From: Candidatus Falkowbacteria bacterium RIFOXYC2_FULL_36_12
GTDB taxonomy: Bacteria > Patescibacteriota > Patescibacteriia > UBA11705
Reading direction: 5' to 3'
Length of the DNA stretch: 64,000 nucleotides
Assembly: GCA_001778235.1 (NCBI GenBank)
Contig: MFGJ01000001.1
Span: 69,302-133,301, forward strand
This document shows positions 10,599 to 20,587 of this stretch, piece after piece. The first letter of the stretch is position 1; each line of letters starts with the position of its first letter. Under the pieces are notes generated by a model. The model was given only the letters and a program-made list of their open reading frames with translations, was not told the DNA's origin and made no database searches. A program made the translations under genes and the position numbers.

Positions 10599-10806
10599 AG
10601 TAGTGAATTATGTTAAATGATTATAGTTGTTAATTGATATATGGAAATAATTAAATAGTGAAATATTGGGGGAATAAGATGGAAAACAGAATAAATCAGG
10701 ATAATTATGAAAATTTACTACTTTTATTAAAATAAAATATAACATTTCATTTTAACCCTGTCAATGAAAAATAAAAAACTGTGACGAGGCACAGGATTTT
10801 TTCTTT

Positions 10807-11580
10807 TTACTTTTTTTTCACAACAAGTCTAAGGCGCGGGTAAACTAATTGGTGATGTTTGTCTTGTTGTTTGAGATTAATTTCCACTCGGGATTCTACC
10901 ATAATATAACCTGGCATGAAACTTGAGCTGGAAATCGTAGTTGACACATTGGACAATATATTAGCGACAATTACAGAGACATCGTTTGAAGTATAAACTT
11001 CAAATTTAAGCCTACGCTTCAATTCAAGAACTTCAGAATCGTCTCCAAACAACGGATCACTTTGTTTCAAAGCGGAAAAATTAATCGTGAGAAATTTACT
11101 CATCAAATATGATCTAACATCAATCGGAATAAAGCTAAGACTATTGCGGACAATGTAATCTTTACCTGCGAACTGGCACTCAATATTACGAAAAAATTGT
11201 AAAGCATCAAAGGCAGAATCAATTGAATATAATTTTGTCATCGGATCGAACTGATCAAGAACTAACAATCGATTGCCTGAAGACAACTCATAAACAGCAA
11301 ATAGATATTGTGTTTGCCCATTGTCAACATATTTAATACGAACAATATTGAAATTTTTCAAGAAAACTCTAAAAAAAAGAAAATATGTGAAAGCAACAAA
11401 TAAACATAAAATTGAATAAACAAATACTATGACGATATTAACTTTTGTCGCCAGAATCATAATAAGCAAAATCAGGGCGAGACCGACAACTTCCATGATT
11501 CTCGGTATTAGCAGATTAAACAAATATTTCATCTTAGCGAGATTCTCATATTTTTCAATGAACTTGGCAGTCTGGTCCAT
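10807..11580 (-). CDS. Hypothetical membrane protein
   Basis: Two or three N-terminal hydrophobic helices; no known motif. Confidence 0.45.
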   Translation of the reverse strand: MDQTAKFIEKYENLAKMKYLFNLLIPRIMEVVGLALILLIMILATKVNIVIVFVYSILCLFVAFTYFLFFRVFLKNFNIVRIKYVDNGQTQYLFAVYELSSGNRLLVLDQFDPMTKLYSIDSAFDALQFFRNIECQFAGKDYIVRNSLSFIPIDVRSYLMSKFLTINFSALKQSDPLFGDDSEVLELKRRLKFEVYTSNDVSVIVANILSNVSTTISSSSFMPGYIMVESRVEINLKQQDKHHQLVYPRLRLVVKKK

Positions 11581-11730
11581 GGCGCCTCCTGTTTCAGGGT
11601 AAAAATAACCTTATAACAATCATTTAAGTATGTCAAACTAAATTTGAGCGCTCCAAGCATTTGTCATCTTTTTCTGACATTGTTTTGTGGCTAATTTTAG
11701 CAGAAAAGAACAAGGCTCCGTCAGCACCTA

Positions 11731-11759
11731 TTGACATTTATTCAAATTTATGATATAAT
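11731..11759 (+). promoter_or_regulatory. Consensus sigma70-type promoter (TTGACA-17-TATAAT)
   Basis: ttgaca at 11731-11736, an exactly 17-nt spacer, tataat at 11754-11759. Confidence 0.6.
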
Positions 11760-11766
11760 GCTTAGT

Positions 11767-12395
11767 TAAATGATCAATACAACTTAGCATAGTCAGTAGC
11801 ATGATGTAGAGGAGAGAGCTCTATTTACTCGCTTTATCGACTCGTCGATTACGCAAGTTTATAGTTATAAACACTGCCTTACCAAGGTATTAAGTTATAT
11901 CCAAGACCTTAATTAAGGCAAAAAACTTCTTCTATGTCATTGTACTGATTATATACATTCTCCAAATATTAACACTATTGTGATGTGGAGGAGAGAGATT
12001 CGTTAGCTAAATTTGGTTTCAACACCGTATTTGGCAATGAATTAAATACTTCCATAGTTTTGCGAGGCTTTAAAATTTCTTTTATTGGCCAGATACAAAA
12101 CTATATTATTTTCCTCTACCTCACAATATTGTTAAGTTCATCAAAATATACGGTAGTAGAGATGTGGGGGGGAGATACGGGGATATTATTTATTTTAATT
12201 GATCCCACGAGACTCCTTCTCATCTGTGCTACTGTTATTTTTTCTTGAAATGGGCAGGCAAGCTTCTCTCTCCTCTATTTTCTAGTTCTTTTACTAGAGA
12301 ATAACTTGTCTGCTCATTTGAGGGAGAAATCCCTTTTACAAAAGGAGCATTCCCGTGTGGAATCGCTTCTTTTGCTTTTAAAGGGATTTTTTATT
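11767..12395 (+). ncRNA. Candidate large structured non-coding RNA of ~630 nt. Its class is unknown; it is not tmRNA and does not look like RNase P RNA by eye.
   Basis: No credible ORF across ~940 bp. A consensus promoter lies upstream and a hairpin plus T-run terminator sits at ~12340-12395. A long-range complement pairs gaggagagag (~11808) with ctctctcctc (~12266), and gatgtggaggagagag-like motifs recur. Confidence 0.4.
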
Positions 12396-12524
12396 TAGAC
12401 AATAAAGACATTTGCTGTGATTAATCTTGCCAATTTCTTCATTTATGTTCAATTTTATGATAAAATATTAGTACATTAAATAATAACCTAACTCATAGAT
12501 TAAGCCTATTGAGTATTTATTAAT

Positions 12525-14861
12525 ATGGCGAAACGAGGAAGACCCAGAAAAAATAAAGTCCAAGTCGAAGAAGAATATTATTCACTTAGCCCTGAAACAA
12601 AAAAAGCAATTTTTATCGTTGTTTTATTTGCCCTTGCAGTTATTAGCAGTTTAAGCTTTTTAGACCTTGCGGGTTCAGCCGGACAGCTTATAAGCATGGC
12701 ACTAGCTATTGCTTTTGGACTGACAAAATATTTATTCCCGATTATTTTAATTTGTTTGGCGTATGTTCTAACCCAACCGAGCAAATATGCACCTACATGG
12801 ATTAATTATCTTGGTATACTAATCTTTATACTAAGTTTTAATGGATTAATTCATTTAATTGTTACTAGAAATATTTTGGATACAGCAACTGATTATGCTT
12901 TTGCCGGACTGGGTGGAGGACTATCAGGGTTGGCCTTGAGCTACCCATTAAATCAAGGATTAGGCTTCTGGGCGAGCGTTGTACTGCTACTGGCCTTTAC
13001 CATTATTTCAATTTTATTAATATTTAATACAACCCTTGAAACACTATTAGACCGAACAAAACTTTCTAATATCGGGAGCTTTGTGTCAAATCCGCTAAAA
13101 CGAAATTCCGGAGATGATGATGATTTTGATGAAGAAGATGATGACGACGATGAAGAAGAAAGTGAAACAAATGAAACTGAAGAGATTGAGCTTGAAGAAG
13201 ATGAAAACGAAGGTCTTGAAACGATTGGACAACCAATTAAAACAAGTGGAATATTTAAAAAAACACCAACTGCAGTTGAAAATAAATTTGCTGAAAGTAA
13301 ATTTAGGAATCTGCAATATGATTTGCCACTGGGCTTACTTAATGGTAAATCAACAAAGCCAAAAAGTGGTGATGTAAATCTGGCAATGGAAAGAATTGAA
13401 AGTACTTTGCATAATTTTGGTATAGATATAGAAATGGGAGAGGTTAATGTCGGACCAACAGTTACCCAGTATTCATTTAAACCAGCTGAAGGAATTAAAC
13501 TATCTAGGATAACAACCTTAAACAATGATCTTGCGCTCGCTCTTGCAGCTCACCCAATCAGAATTGAAGCTCCAATCCCTGGAAAATCCCTTGTCGGAAT
13601 AGAAGTTCCAAATCACCAGCCCGCGCTGGTACCACTTCGACCAATTATTGACAATAAAGATTTCCAAGAACAAAAATCAAAACTTTCACTAGGTCTAGGC
13701 AAAGATGTAAGCGGAAAAAATTGGCATTGTGATTTAGGGAAAATGCCACATTTACTAGTTGCAGGAGCCACTGGTTCAGGTAAAAGTGTTTGCTTGAATA
13801 CTATAATTTTAAGTTTGGTATATCAAAATAGTCCTGAAACATTGAGATTAATATTAGTTGACCCAAAAAGAGTTGAGTTTACTGTATATAATGGGATTCC
13901 ACATTTATTAACACCGGTGATCACTGATGTCACAAAAACAATCAATGCTTTGCGCTGGGCAATACATGAAATGGATCAAAGATTTGATATTTTGTCCAAA
14001 GCAGGAAAAAGAAACATTGAAAGTTATAATGAACATAGTCAAGTGAAAATGCCCTACATTGTCATTGTGATTGATGAACTGGCTGATCTAATGACTGCGG
14101 CATCAGCAGAAGTTGAAGGAAGTATAATCAGACTAACTCAAATGGCACGAGCTATTGGTATTCATTTGGTAGTAGCGACCCAAAGACCATCGGTTGATAT
14201 TATTACTGGCTTGATTAAAGCTAATATACCAGGACGAATTGCTTTTTCTGTTGCCTCATCAATGGATTCAAGAACTATTCTTGATTCAATTGGTGCTGAA
14301 AAATTAATTGGAAAAGGCGATATGTTATTCCAAACGGCTGAACTATCAAAACCAAGACGATTACAAGGGGCATTTGTAAGTGACAGAGAAATAAAAAATG
14401 TGGTAAACTTCCTAAAGCAACTGGCTGGAGAACCTGAATATGATGAATCAATCGTAGAAAAACAAAGTAATAAATCAAGTTTTGATTTTGGTGGTGATGA
14501 AGCTGATGATGAATTGTTTGATGAAGCAAAGAGCGTTGTACTTCAAGCCGGGAAAGCCTCTGCCTCACTGCTTCAAAGACGATTGAGAATCGGATATGCC
14601 AGAGCTGCCAGACTGATTGATATTTTGGAAGAAAAAGGCATTGTCGGCGCAGCTGATGGAGCTAGGCCAAGACAAATCCTAATGTCAGAAGAAGATTTTG
14701 ATCAACCAACTCCATCTGTTTTTCGTGGAAGAGACCAAAAACAAGATGATAAAATCAATATCGCAGATGATGAGACTGATTTAGATGAAGAAAAAGATGA
14801 TGATGAAGATAATGAGATAAATCAACTTGACTATACAGATGACGAGGACAAAAACCAATAA
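12525..14861 (+). CDS. ftsK: DNA translocase FtsK/SpoIIIE
   Basis: N-terminal TM helices, acidic linker, Walker A GATGSGKSVCLN, C-terminal gamma winged-helix (LLQRRLRIGYARAARLIDILEEKGIVG). Confidence 0.9.
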   Translation: MAKRGRPRKNKVQVEEEYYSLSPETKKAIFIVVLFALAVISSLSFLDLAGSAGQLISMALAIAFGLTKYLFPIILICLAYVLTQPSKYAPTWINYLGILIFILSFNGLIHLIVTRNILDTATDYAFAGLGGGLSGLALSYPLNQGLGFWASVVLLLAFTIISILLIFNTTLETLLDRTKLSNIGSFVSNPLKRNSGDDDDFDEEDDDDDEEESETNETEEIELEEDENEGLETIGQPIKTSGIFKKTPTAVENKFAESKFRNLQYDLPLGLLNGKSTKPKSGDVNLAMERIESTLHNFGIDIEMGEVNVGPTVTQYSFKPAEGIKLSRITTLNNDLALALAAHPIRIEAPIPGKSLVGIEVPNHQPALVPLRPIIDNKDFQEQKSKLSLGLGKDVSGKNWHCDLGKMPHLLVAGATGSGKSVCLNTIILSLVYQNSPETLRLILVDPKRVEFTVYNGIPHLLTPVITDVTKTINALRWAIHEMDQRFDILSKAGKRNIESYNEHSQVKMPYIVIVIDELADLMTAASAEVEGSIIRLTQMARAIGIHLVVATQRPSVDIITGLIKANIPGRIAFSVASSMDSRTILDSIGAEKLIGKGDMLFQTAELSKPRRLQGAFVSDREIKNVVNFLKQLAGEPEYDESIVEKQSNKSSFDFGGDEADDELFDEAKSVVLQAGKASASLLQRRLRIGYARAARLIDILEEKGIVGAADGARPRQILMSEEDFDQPTPSVFRGRDQKQDDKINIADDETDLDEEKDDDEDNEINQLDYTDDEDKNQ

Positions 14862-14872
14862 TTGTTTGAACT

Positions 14873-15556
14873 ATGGCAAATTTTGAAAGTAAAAGCTTGA
14901 AATCAATTGAAACTCTAGGCGAAATATTAAAAAAGCATAGATCAGAACTTAATTTGTCCATGAACCAAATCGCGAGACAGTTTCAGATCAATACTAGATA
15001 TTTGCAAGCTCTGGAAAATGATGCATACGATCAAATGCCGGCTGATATTTATACTCACAATTTTCTAAAAAAATATGCGTCTCTACTCGGACTGAATGCA
15101 TCATCATTGATTTCTCTGCATGAAAGAGAAAAAAATCTATATTTGAAAACCAAAAAAAAGGATAAATCAAAGATTAATAACTTAAGCCTAGGTTCAAAAT
15201 TTCTAAACAAAATTTTGGAGCCAAAAAAGATAAAGGCTTTTTTTATTTTGTTACTATTTGTTATAATACTTACCTATATTGGCTTTAGTATCAGTAAAAT
15301 ATTTTCACCGCCAGAACTGATTATAAAGGAACCAAGTGAAAATAGTATAATTACCCAGAATACAACCCTTGAAATCAAAGGGGTAACAGAGGAAGAAGTT
15401 GAATTAACAATAAACTCAAGACAAGTACTTTATGACCGCGATGGAATTTTCTCGGTACAGCTTGATTTGCAAAAAGGATTAAATGTGATTAAAATAACAG
15501 CAAAGAAAAAACACAGCCAATCCAATACTATTTATAAACAGATTATTGTAGAATAG
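14873..15556 (+). CDS. rodZ: RodZ-like HTH (XRE-type) membrane protein
   Basis: N-terminal HTH (LSMNQIARQFQINTRYLQALE), a central TM helix, C-terminal domain. Confidence 0.55.
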   Translation: MANFESKSLKSIETLGEILKKHRSELNLSMNQIARQFQINTRYLQALENDAYDQMPADIYTHNFLKKYASLLGLNASSLISLHEREKNLYLKTKKKDKSKINNLSLGSKFLNKILEPKKIKAFFILLLFVIILTYIGFSISKIFSPPELIIKEPSENSIITQNTTLEIKGVTEEEVELTINSRQVLYDRDGIFSVQLDLQKGLNVIKITAKKKHSQSNTIYKQIIVE

Positions 15557-15672
15557 TAATAACATTGCTTGTCGTTGTTAAATAAATAAATCCATGCTTG
15601 AAATAATTATGAAAGTGTCATTAATGATAAAATTTAAGTGAATTATAGCTTAAGTTTACATTTTCTGAACTA

Positions 15673-16722
15673 ATGAAAAATAAATTTATGGTAAAGACAA
15701 AAAATGGTGTGGAGGAAAATGAAAAAAACAAAGCAGCAAATGAAGCAATTTTGCAAATAAGAGAAAAATTCGGTGAAGGTTCAATCATGAGACTGGGGGA
15801 AGCAAAGGCGATGGAAGTTGATTCTATTCCAACGGGTTGTTTATCTCTTGATATTGCTCTCGGCGTTGGTGGTGTGCCACGAGGTCGTATAATTGAAATC
15901 TATGGACCAGAATCATCAGGAAAAACTACTTTGGCACAACACATTGCATCTGAAACTCAAAAAAGAGGCGGGATTGCGGCCTTTGTTGACGCTGAACATG
16001 CACTTGATCCAGAATATGCACAAAAGATTGGAATAAATATAAATGAGTTATTAATTTCTCAACCTGATACAGGTGAACAAGCTCTGGAAATCGTTGAAAC
16101 CTTAGTAAGATCAAATGCAGTGGATACAATAATTATTGATTCAGTTGCTGCGCTGGTACCAAAAGCTGAAATTGAGGGGGAAATGGGAGATCAACACATG
16201 GGACTCCAAGCAAGATTAATGAGTCAGGCCCTAAGAAAACTGGCTGGCATTGTTGGTAAAACACAAACCACTGTAGTTTTTCTAAATCAAATAAGACATA
16301 AAATCGGAGTTTTTTTCGGCAACCCAGAAACTACAACAGGTGGTAATGCTTTAAAATTTTATTCTTCTGTCCGAATAGAAGTTAGGAGATCGGCACAAAT
16401 AAAAAAAGGAGAAGAAATTATTGGGAACCAAGTCAAATGTAAAATTGTAAAAAACAAGGTGGCGGCGCCATTTCAAACAACAACTTTTGACATTATGTAT
16501 AATGAAGGAATTTCCATCCCTGGTGATGTACTTGATGTGGGGTTAAAGTATAAAATCTTATCAAAATCAGGCAACTCATATACATATGGCGAAGAAAAAC
16601 TTGGGGTTGGCAGAGAAACGGCTAAAGATTATTTGAGACAAAATCCAAAATTAATTGAAAAAATAAAAAAAGAAGTTTGGAAAGCAATAGAAGTTGGACC
16701 GATCGCGGAAGAGCAGATCTAA
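15673..16722 (+). CDS. recA: Recombinase RecA
   Basis: Walker [18 protein letters not shown]1/L2 loop regions, and the overall pattern. Confidence 0.95.
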   Translation: MKNKFMVKTKNGVEENEKNKAANEAILQIREKFGEGSIMRLGEAKAMEVDSIPTGCLSLDIALGVGGVPRGRIIEIYGPESSGKTTLAQHIASETQKRGGIAAFVDAEHALDPEYAQKIGININELLISQPDTGEQALEIVETLVRSNAVDTIIIDSVAALVPKAEIEGEMGDQHMGLQARLMSQALRKLAGIVGKTQTTVVFLNQIRHKIGVFFGNPETTTGGNALKFYSSVRIEVRRSAQIKKGEEIIGNQVKCKIVKNKVAAPFQTTTFDIMYNEGISIPGDVLDVGLKYKILSKSGNSYTYGEEKLGVGRETAKDYLRQNPKLIEKIKKEVWKAIEVGPIAEEQI

Positions 16723-16782
16723 AAGCTAACCAGGTAAGGATATTTAGACGAAAAAACACTGGTGTAATAACCGGTGTTTTGT

Positions 16783-17274
16783 TTAGGGAAACAAACTTAA
16801 TGCTTCGAAAATTACTGCCATGAATTTATCCTGATCTTTTGGTAGCAATGATTGGTCAAAATCAACAAGCGAAACCCAAACTGGTTGTCTTTCACAAAAC
16901 TCCCGAGTTTTCGAAGTATCTGGAAGCTCTCGAGTTGAGACAGAAGCAAGAAAATAGATTGATGTCAGATGATAGGCTTGGCCATCAAAATCAATAATAA
17001 AGTTTTCTGTTGGAGACAGACTTCGAATTAATTTGACGTCTAGACCACATTCTTCAAATACTTCTCGCTTCACTGCCTGCTCAAATGTCTCCCATGGCTC
17101 TTTGCCTCCACCTGGAAAAAAATGTAAACCATTGGACAATGGTGTCAGAAGAATTTCATTTTGATCAATGATTACGGCATAAACCCCGACTCTTTCTCTG
17201 ATATTATTTCGATGAACAAATTTTTCTTGCTCGGTTGATAAACAATGGCATTTGATCAGTTCGGAGGTTGGCAT
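16783..17274 (-). CDS. NUDIX hydrolase. The likely start is MPTSE, after a GAGGAG Shine-Dalgarno.
   Basis: Nudix box GGGKEPWETFEQAVKREVFEECG. Confidence 0.75.
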   Translation of the reverse strand: MPTSELIKCHCLSTEQEKFVHRNNIRERVGVYAVIIDQNEILLTPLSNGLHFFPGGGKEPWETFEQAVKREVFEECGLDVKLIRSLSPTENFIIDFDGQAYHLTSIYFLASVSTRELPDTSKTREFCERQPVWVSLVDFDQSLLPKDQDKFMAVIFEALSLFP

Positions 17275-17376
17275 TGTGGTCTCCTCGGTTGCAGGTGAAA
17301 AATAATTGTAATAATTTATCAACATAAAGTCAAGTTCTATGTTTAAAAATAAAAAATACTCGTATTTTACGAATAT

Positions 17377-17643
17377 TTAATCGTTTTCATACTTCTCAAC
17401 AGTTACAATGACTGAAACTGGGACTGGACCAAACAAAGTATTATTATTCCAAACATATCCTGTGATAACTGTCAGTGAACCAATGAAATAGTTCCTGCCA
17501 ATATGGTACAAAGCATCGGAGATCACAGGACTACGATCCAATGGAGCTTTATCATCCAGAACAACCATTACAACTAAATCATCGACAATCCAGTCAAAAC
17601 GATACAGGAGGTTCTGCTTTGCTGATTTTTCATTGGTAGTCAT
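17377..17643 (-). CDS. Hypothetical protein (88 aa)
   Basis: ORF in tandem with 17662..18102 on the minus strand. Confidence 0.35.
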   Translation of the reverse strand: MTTNEKSAKQNLLYRFDWIVDDLVVMVVLDDKAPLDRSPVISDALYHIGRNYFIGSLTVITGYVWNNNTLFGPVPVSVIVTVEKYEND

Positions 17644-17661
17644 GGTTTGTCTCCCTTCCGA

Positions 17662-18102
17662 CTAGACATAATCGGACATACCCCAGAGTTTGAATTCTGC
17701 TTCATCCCACATGCCATCAGGGTCAAGAAGTGTTTTCAAAGAGTTTTTGGTAGTTTCAAAAAAGGAAAGATCACAACTCTCAACATGCTTACCGACAAGC
17801 GGTGGGAATTCAGTTTTCGCAATCAAGCCAATAAAGACATAATTATTGACGCCTCTACCTTCTTTGAAATGAGTTTTGACCCAGGTAATATAATGAGGCA
17901 GACCAATAACACGATTGCTCTCAAAGTTAATATAGGAAACGGTTGGTTTATCTGGCCCATTGGTCCACATAGGTTTGGCACAATCAGGACAAAATCTGAA
18001 CGGTTGCAATGGATGATGACAACCTCTAATCTCGGTTGCTCGAAAGATGTTTTCCACGGGGATTCTAATACCAATAATTGCATAGGATCTCTGACTGGAC
18101 AT
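17662..18102 (-). CDS. Hypothetical protein with a putative zinc ribbon (CPDC...)
   Basis: Cys pairs CHHP...CPDCAKP. Preferred over the overlapping plus-strand ORF 17647..18258. Confidence 0.4.
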   Translation of the reverse strand: MSSQRSYAIIGIRIPVENIFRATEIRGCHHPLQPFRFCPDCAKPMWTNGPDKPTVSYINFESNRVIGLPHYITWVKTHFKEGRGVNNYVFIGLIAKTEFPPLVGKHVESCDLSFFETTKNSLKTLLDPDGMWDEAEFKLWGMSDYV

Positions 18103-18237
18103 GTCCGTCTCCTTGTCGGTGGCTTACTGACTCTATGTCATAACAAATATTTCATAAAATGTCAATACTTTAATTTTACGAAAATCAGTAAAGTTTATGA
18201 TATCAAAAAACCGCTATTGATAGCAGTTTTTCTTTAT

Positions 18238-18795
18238 TTAAGCTCGTTCTACATATAGTCCAGTTTCTGTATTGACGATAATTTCTTCACCTTCTTTGAT
18301 AAATAGCGGAGCAGAAATTTTGTGTCCTGTTTCCAGAGTTACCAGCTTGCTACCTCCTTGGGCGGTATCACCCTTTATTCCAGGAGGCGCTTCAGTGATT
18401 TTTATTTTAATTTTTGTGGGAATCTGGATGGATACTGGGTTACCTTCGAAAATCAAAACATCAACTGATGTGCCTTCAACTAAATAGTTGATTGAATGCC
18501 CGATATTTTCTTTGTCCAAACTGAATTGTTCGTAGGTATTTGAATCCATGAAATAAACTTCGGTACCTGCAAGATATAAATATGTGGCTTTACTTCTCTC
18601 GAGGTCAGCTGATTCCCATTTGTCAGCACCTTTCATGGTTTTTTCCAAAACAGCGCCGTTCAATAGATTGCGGATTTTGACGCGAAGAATCGCACCACCA
18701 CGGCCCATCTGAACATGCTGGGTCCAGATAACAACATAGGGTTCACCATCAACCTTGGCAACGGTGCCAAGCTTTACCTGACTAATGTCCAACAT
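18238..18795 (-). CDS. efp: Elongation factor P
   Basis: Typical EF-P KOW and OB pattern (VVIWTQHVQMGRGGAILRVKIRNLLNG). Confidence 0.9.
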   Translation of the reverse strand: MLDISQVKLGTVAKVDGEPYVVIWTQHVQMGRGGAILRVKIRNLLNGAVLEKTMKGADKWESADLERSKATYLYLAGTEVYFMDSNTYEQFSLDKENIGHSINYLVEGTSVDVLIFEGNPVSIQIPTKIKIKITEAPPGIKGDTAQGGSKLVTLETGHKISAPLFIKEGEEIIVNTETGLYVERA

Positions 18796-18807
18796 AAAAA
18801 ATATAAT

Positions 18808-19035
18808 TTATTTTGCAATATACGGTAGAAGTGCCATAAATCTAGCGCGTTTGATAGCGTTGGCGCTTTTTCTTTGGTGCTTTGAACATAATCCGCTACG
18901 GCGTCTCTGGGCGATTTTGCCATAAGATGAGACAAACTTCTGCAAAAGAGTTGCTTGTTTGTAATCAACTTCATTTAAACCATTGACGCAATAATAACAA
19001 GCTTTTTCGACTATTGGTTGTTTTTTATTATACAT
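18808..19035 (-). CDS. rpsR: 30S ribosomal protein S18
   Basis: KFVSSYGKIAQRRRSGLCSKHQRKSANAIKRARFMALLPY matches the S18 core. Confidence 0.9.
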   Translation of the reverse strand: MYNKKQPIVEKACYYCVNGLNEVDYKQATLLQKFVSSYGKIAQRRRSGLCSKHQRKSANAIKRARFMALLPYIAK

Positions 19036-19111
19036 AACTATTTTTAATCTAAATATTTTAATTGGCTTATTTCATCAAGCCAATGTCTGACATTAAAGAT
19101 TTATAATTGAA

Positions 19112-19576
19112 TTAAAATGGAATGTTTTCAATTTTGATATCATCACCGTTATCATCATCGGAATGTTTGTTATCATCTTCTGGAATGACTGTCCCGGCTG
19201 GTGCTGTGTCAATTTGAGTATTTGAAGCAGGAGTAAAGTTTGAAGAACCAGCTCGATCAAGCATAATCATATTTTCAGCGACTATCTCGGTTCGATAACG
19301 CTTGACTCCATCTTGTCCCGCCCAATCACGAGTCTGCAAACGACCTTCAAGATAAACTTTGCTACCTTTTTTCAAATATTGAGCACAGATTTCTCCTAGT
19401 TTCCGCCAAGCAACTACATTATGATATTCTACTCTTTCTTGTTTTTGTCCACTGGCATCATTCCAAACAAGATTGGTGGCGACAGAAAATGTTGTGACGG
19501 TTGTTCCCTGTGGTGTTTTTTTTGATTCTGGATCTCGTGTAAGATTTCCAATAATCATTGCTCTGTTTAAATTCAT
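19112..19576 (-). CDS. ssb: Single-stranded DNA-binding protein
   Basis: OB-fold pattern and a C-terminal acidic tail ending IPF. Confidence 0.9.
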   Translation of the reverse strand: MNLNRAMIIGNLTRDPESKKTPQGTTVTTFSVATNLVWNDASGQKQERVEYHNVVAWRKLGEICAQYLKKGSKVYLEGRLQTRDWAGQDGVKRYRTEIVAENMIMLDRAGSSNFTPASNTQIDTAPAGTVIPEDDNKHSDDDNGDDIKIENIPF

Positions 19577-19655
19577 AGGGATATTTTGATTCAGTTTTTG
19601 TAAAAAACCTTTGATAAGAAATTTTTACAAATGATGAAATTAATTGTTATTTTTG

Positions 19656-20324
19656 TTATAGAATGTCATCAGTCAATATCTCATCCAACTTTTTATCAAG
19701 ATCATCAAGACTGATTTTACCTTTTTCCTTTTTCTCTTTTATGATCAAGGGTTCTTCAGACTTGGTCTTTTCAATCGGTTTGGCTTCTTGTTGTTTTTTT
19801 GGCTCAACTTTTTCATCTGCCGGTTCAACGGCCAAATCTTCTACAACTGATTTTTCAACCTCTGGTTTTAATTCAACAGACTGCGGTAAGACTTCGGCAA
19901 CTACTGGCTGATCAACTTTTTCAACAACTGGCTGTTCTTTTACAGCGGTTTTGTCCAAAGCAGCCAATTCTTCTTCTTTGCCTTTTAATATTTTGTCTTG
20001 AATTTTTTGTTCCCTTTCTAATTCTTCGGTTGTTTTGACTTTTTTCTTTACAACTAAAAAGCGTAAAACTTCATTAATTAGAGTCAACTGTTTGTCTAGT
20101 TCTTTTAGATTTTCTGTTGGCATGTCAAACTCAACAACAACATATGTTCCTTGAGTCACCTTCTTTATTGGATATGCCAAACGCTGTTTGCCAAAAATTT
20201 GATTTAAGGTAATTTCACCTTTTTTATCAATAATCTGACTAGTGACTGATTCCATTACTGAATTCAGTTCGTCTCCTGTGTGTTTAATTGAAACAACATA
20301 CAGAAGCTCATAGTGATCTGTCAT
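19656..20324 (-). CDS. rpsF: 30S ribosomal protein S6 with a long charged C-terminal extension
   Basis: N-terminal ~100 aa S6 pattern (YELLYVV...) in the conserved S6-SSB-S18 arrangement. A ~120-aa K/E-rich tail follows. Confidence 0.8.
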   Translation of the reverse strand: MTDHYELLYVVSIKHTGDELNSVMESVTSQIIDKKGEITLNQIFGKQRLAYPIKKVTQGTYVVVEFDMPTENLKELDKQLTLINEVLRFLVVKKKVKTTEELEREQKIQDKILKGKEEELAALDKTAVKEQPVVEKVDQPVVAEVLPQSVELKPEVEKSVVEDLAVEPADEKVEPKKQQEAKPIEKTKSEEPLIIKEKKEKGKISLDDLDKKLDEILTDDIL

Positions 20325-20501
20325 AATTTACTTAATTTTAGCTATTTTGTGATTAACTGGAGGTTAATCAATGGCCATGAGCAAAATAGAAATAAAATCA
20401 ATATTTAATTAACTGTGGTAACATTATCACAAAAGAATAAATTTGACAAGAGCTAAATAGTAATTGACTAGTATAAATAACTGTGCTATAATCAGATTAC
20501 A

Positions 20502-20530
20502 GTATAGAAAATATACTGTTTTATTTTTTA
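20502..20530 (+). promoter_or_regulatory. Putative promoter upstream of nusA (TTGACT-17-TATAAT)
   Basis: ttgactagtataaataactgtgctataat. Confidence 0.45.
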
Positions 20531-20587
20531 AATTTTTATAATTTAGGTATTTAAAGGTATAATACCTGCGTAATAATTATCAATAAT

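Noticed and set aside
11985-12248. 87-aa ORF inside the candidate ncRNA region
   Set aside because: The sequence is low-complexity and hydrophobic, has no Shine-Dalgarno, and lies inside a promoter-to-terminator unit with long-range RNA pairing. It is most likely a chance ORF.
11767-12395. tmRNA or RNase P RNA identity for the large ncRNA candidate
   Set aside because: There is no GGUUCGAAUCC-type T-loop, no 3' CCA context and no tag-peptide ORF for tmRNA. There is no GGAAAGUCCGG / P4 signature for RNase P RNA.
12953-13525. Antisense ORFs inside ftsK, and similarly inside groEL, ychF, nusA, hppA and pnp
   Set aside because: They lie opposite strongly supported conserved genes. Their Ser/Leu-rich low-complexity translations are typical of antisense frames in AT-rich DNA.
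17647-18258. 203-aa plus-strand ORF
   Set aside because: It overlaps two co-directional minus-strand ORFs that sit in an operon-like arrangement with efp. The minus-strand product has a plausible Zn-ribbon. Retained only as an alternative in a finding.
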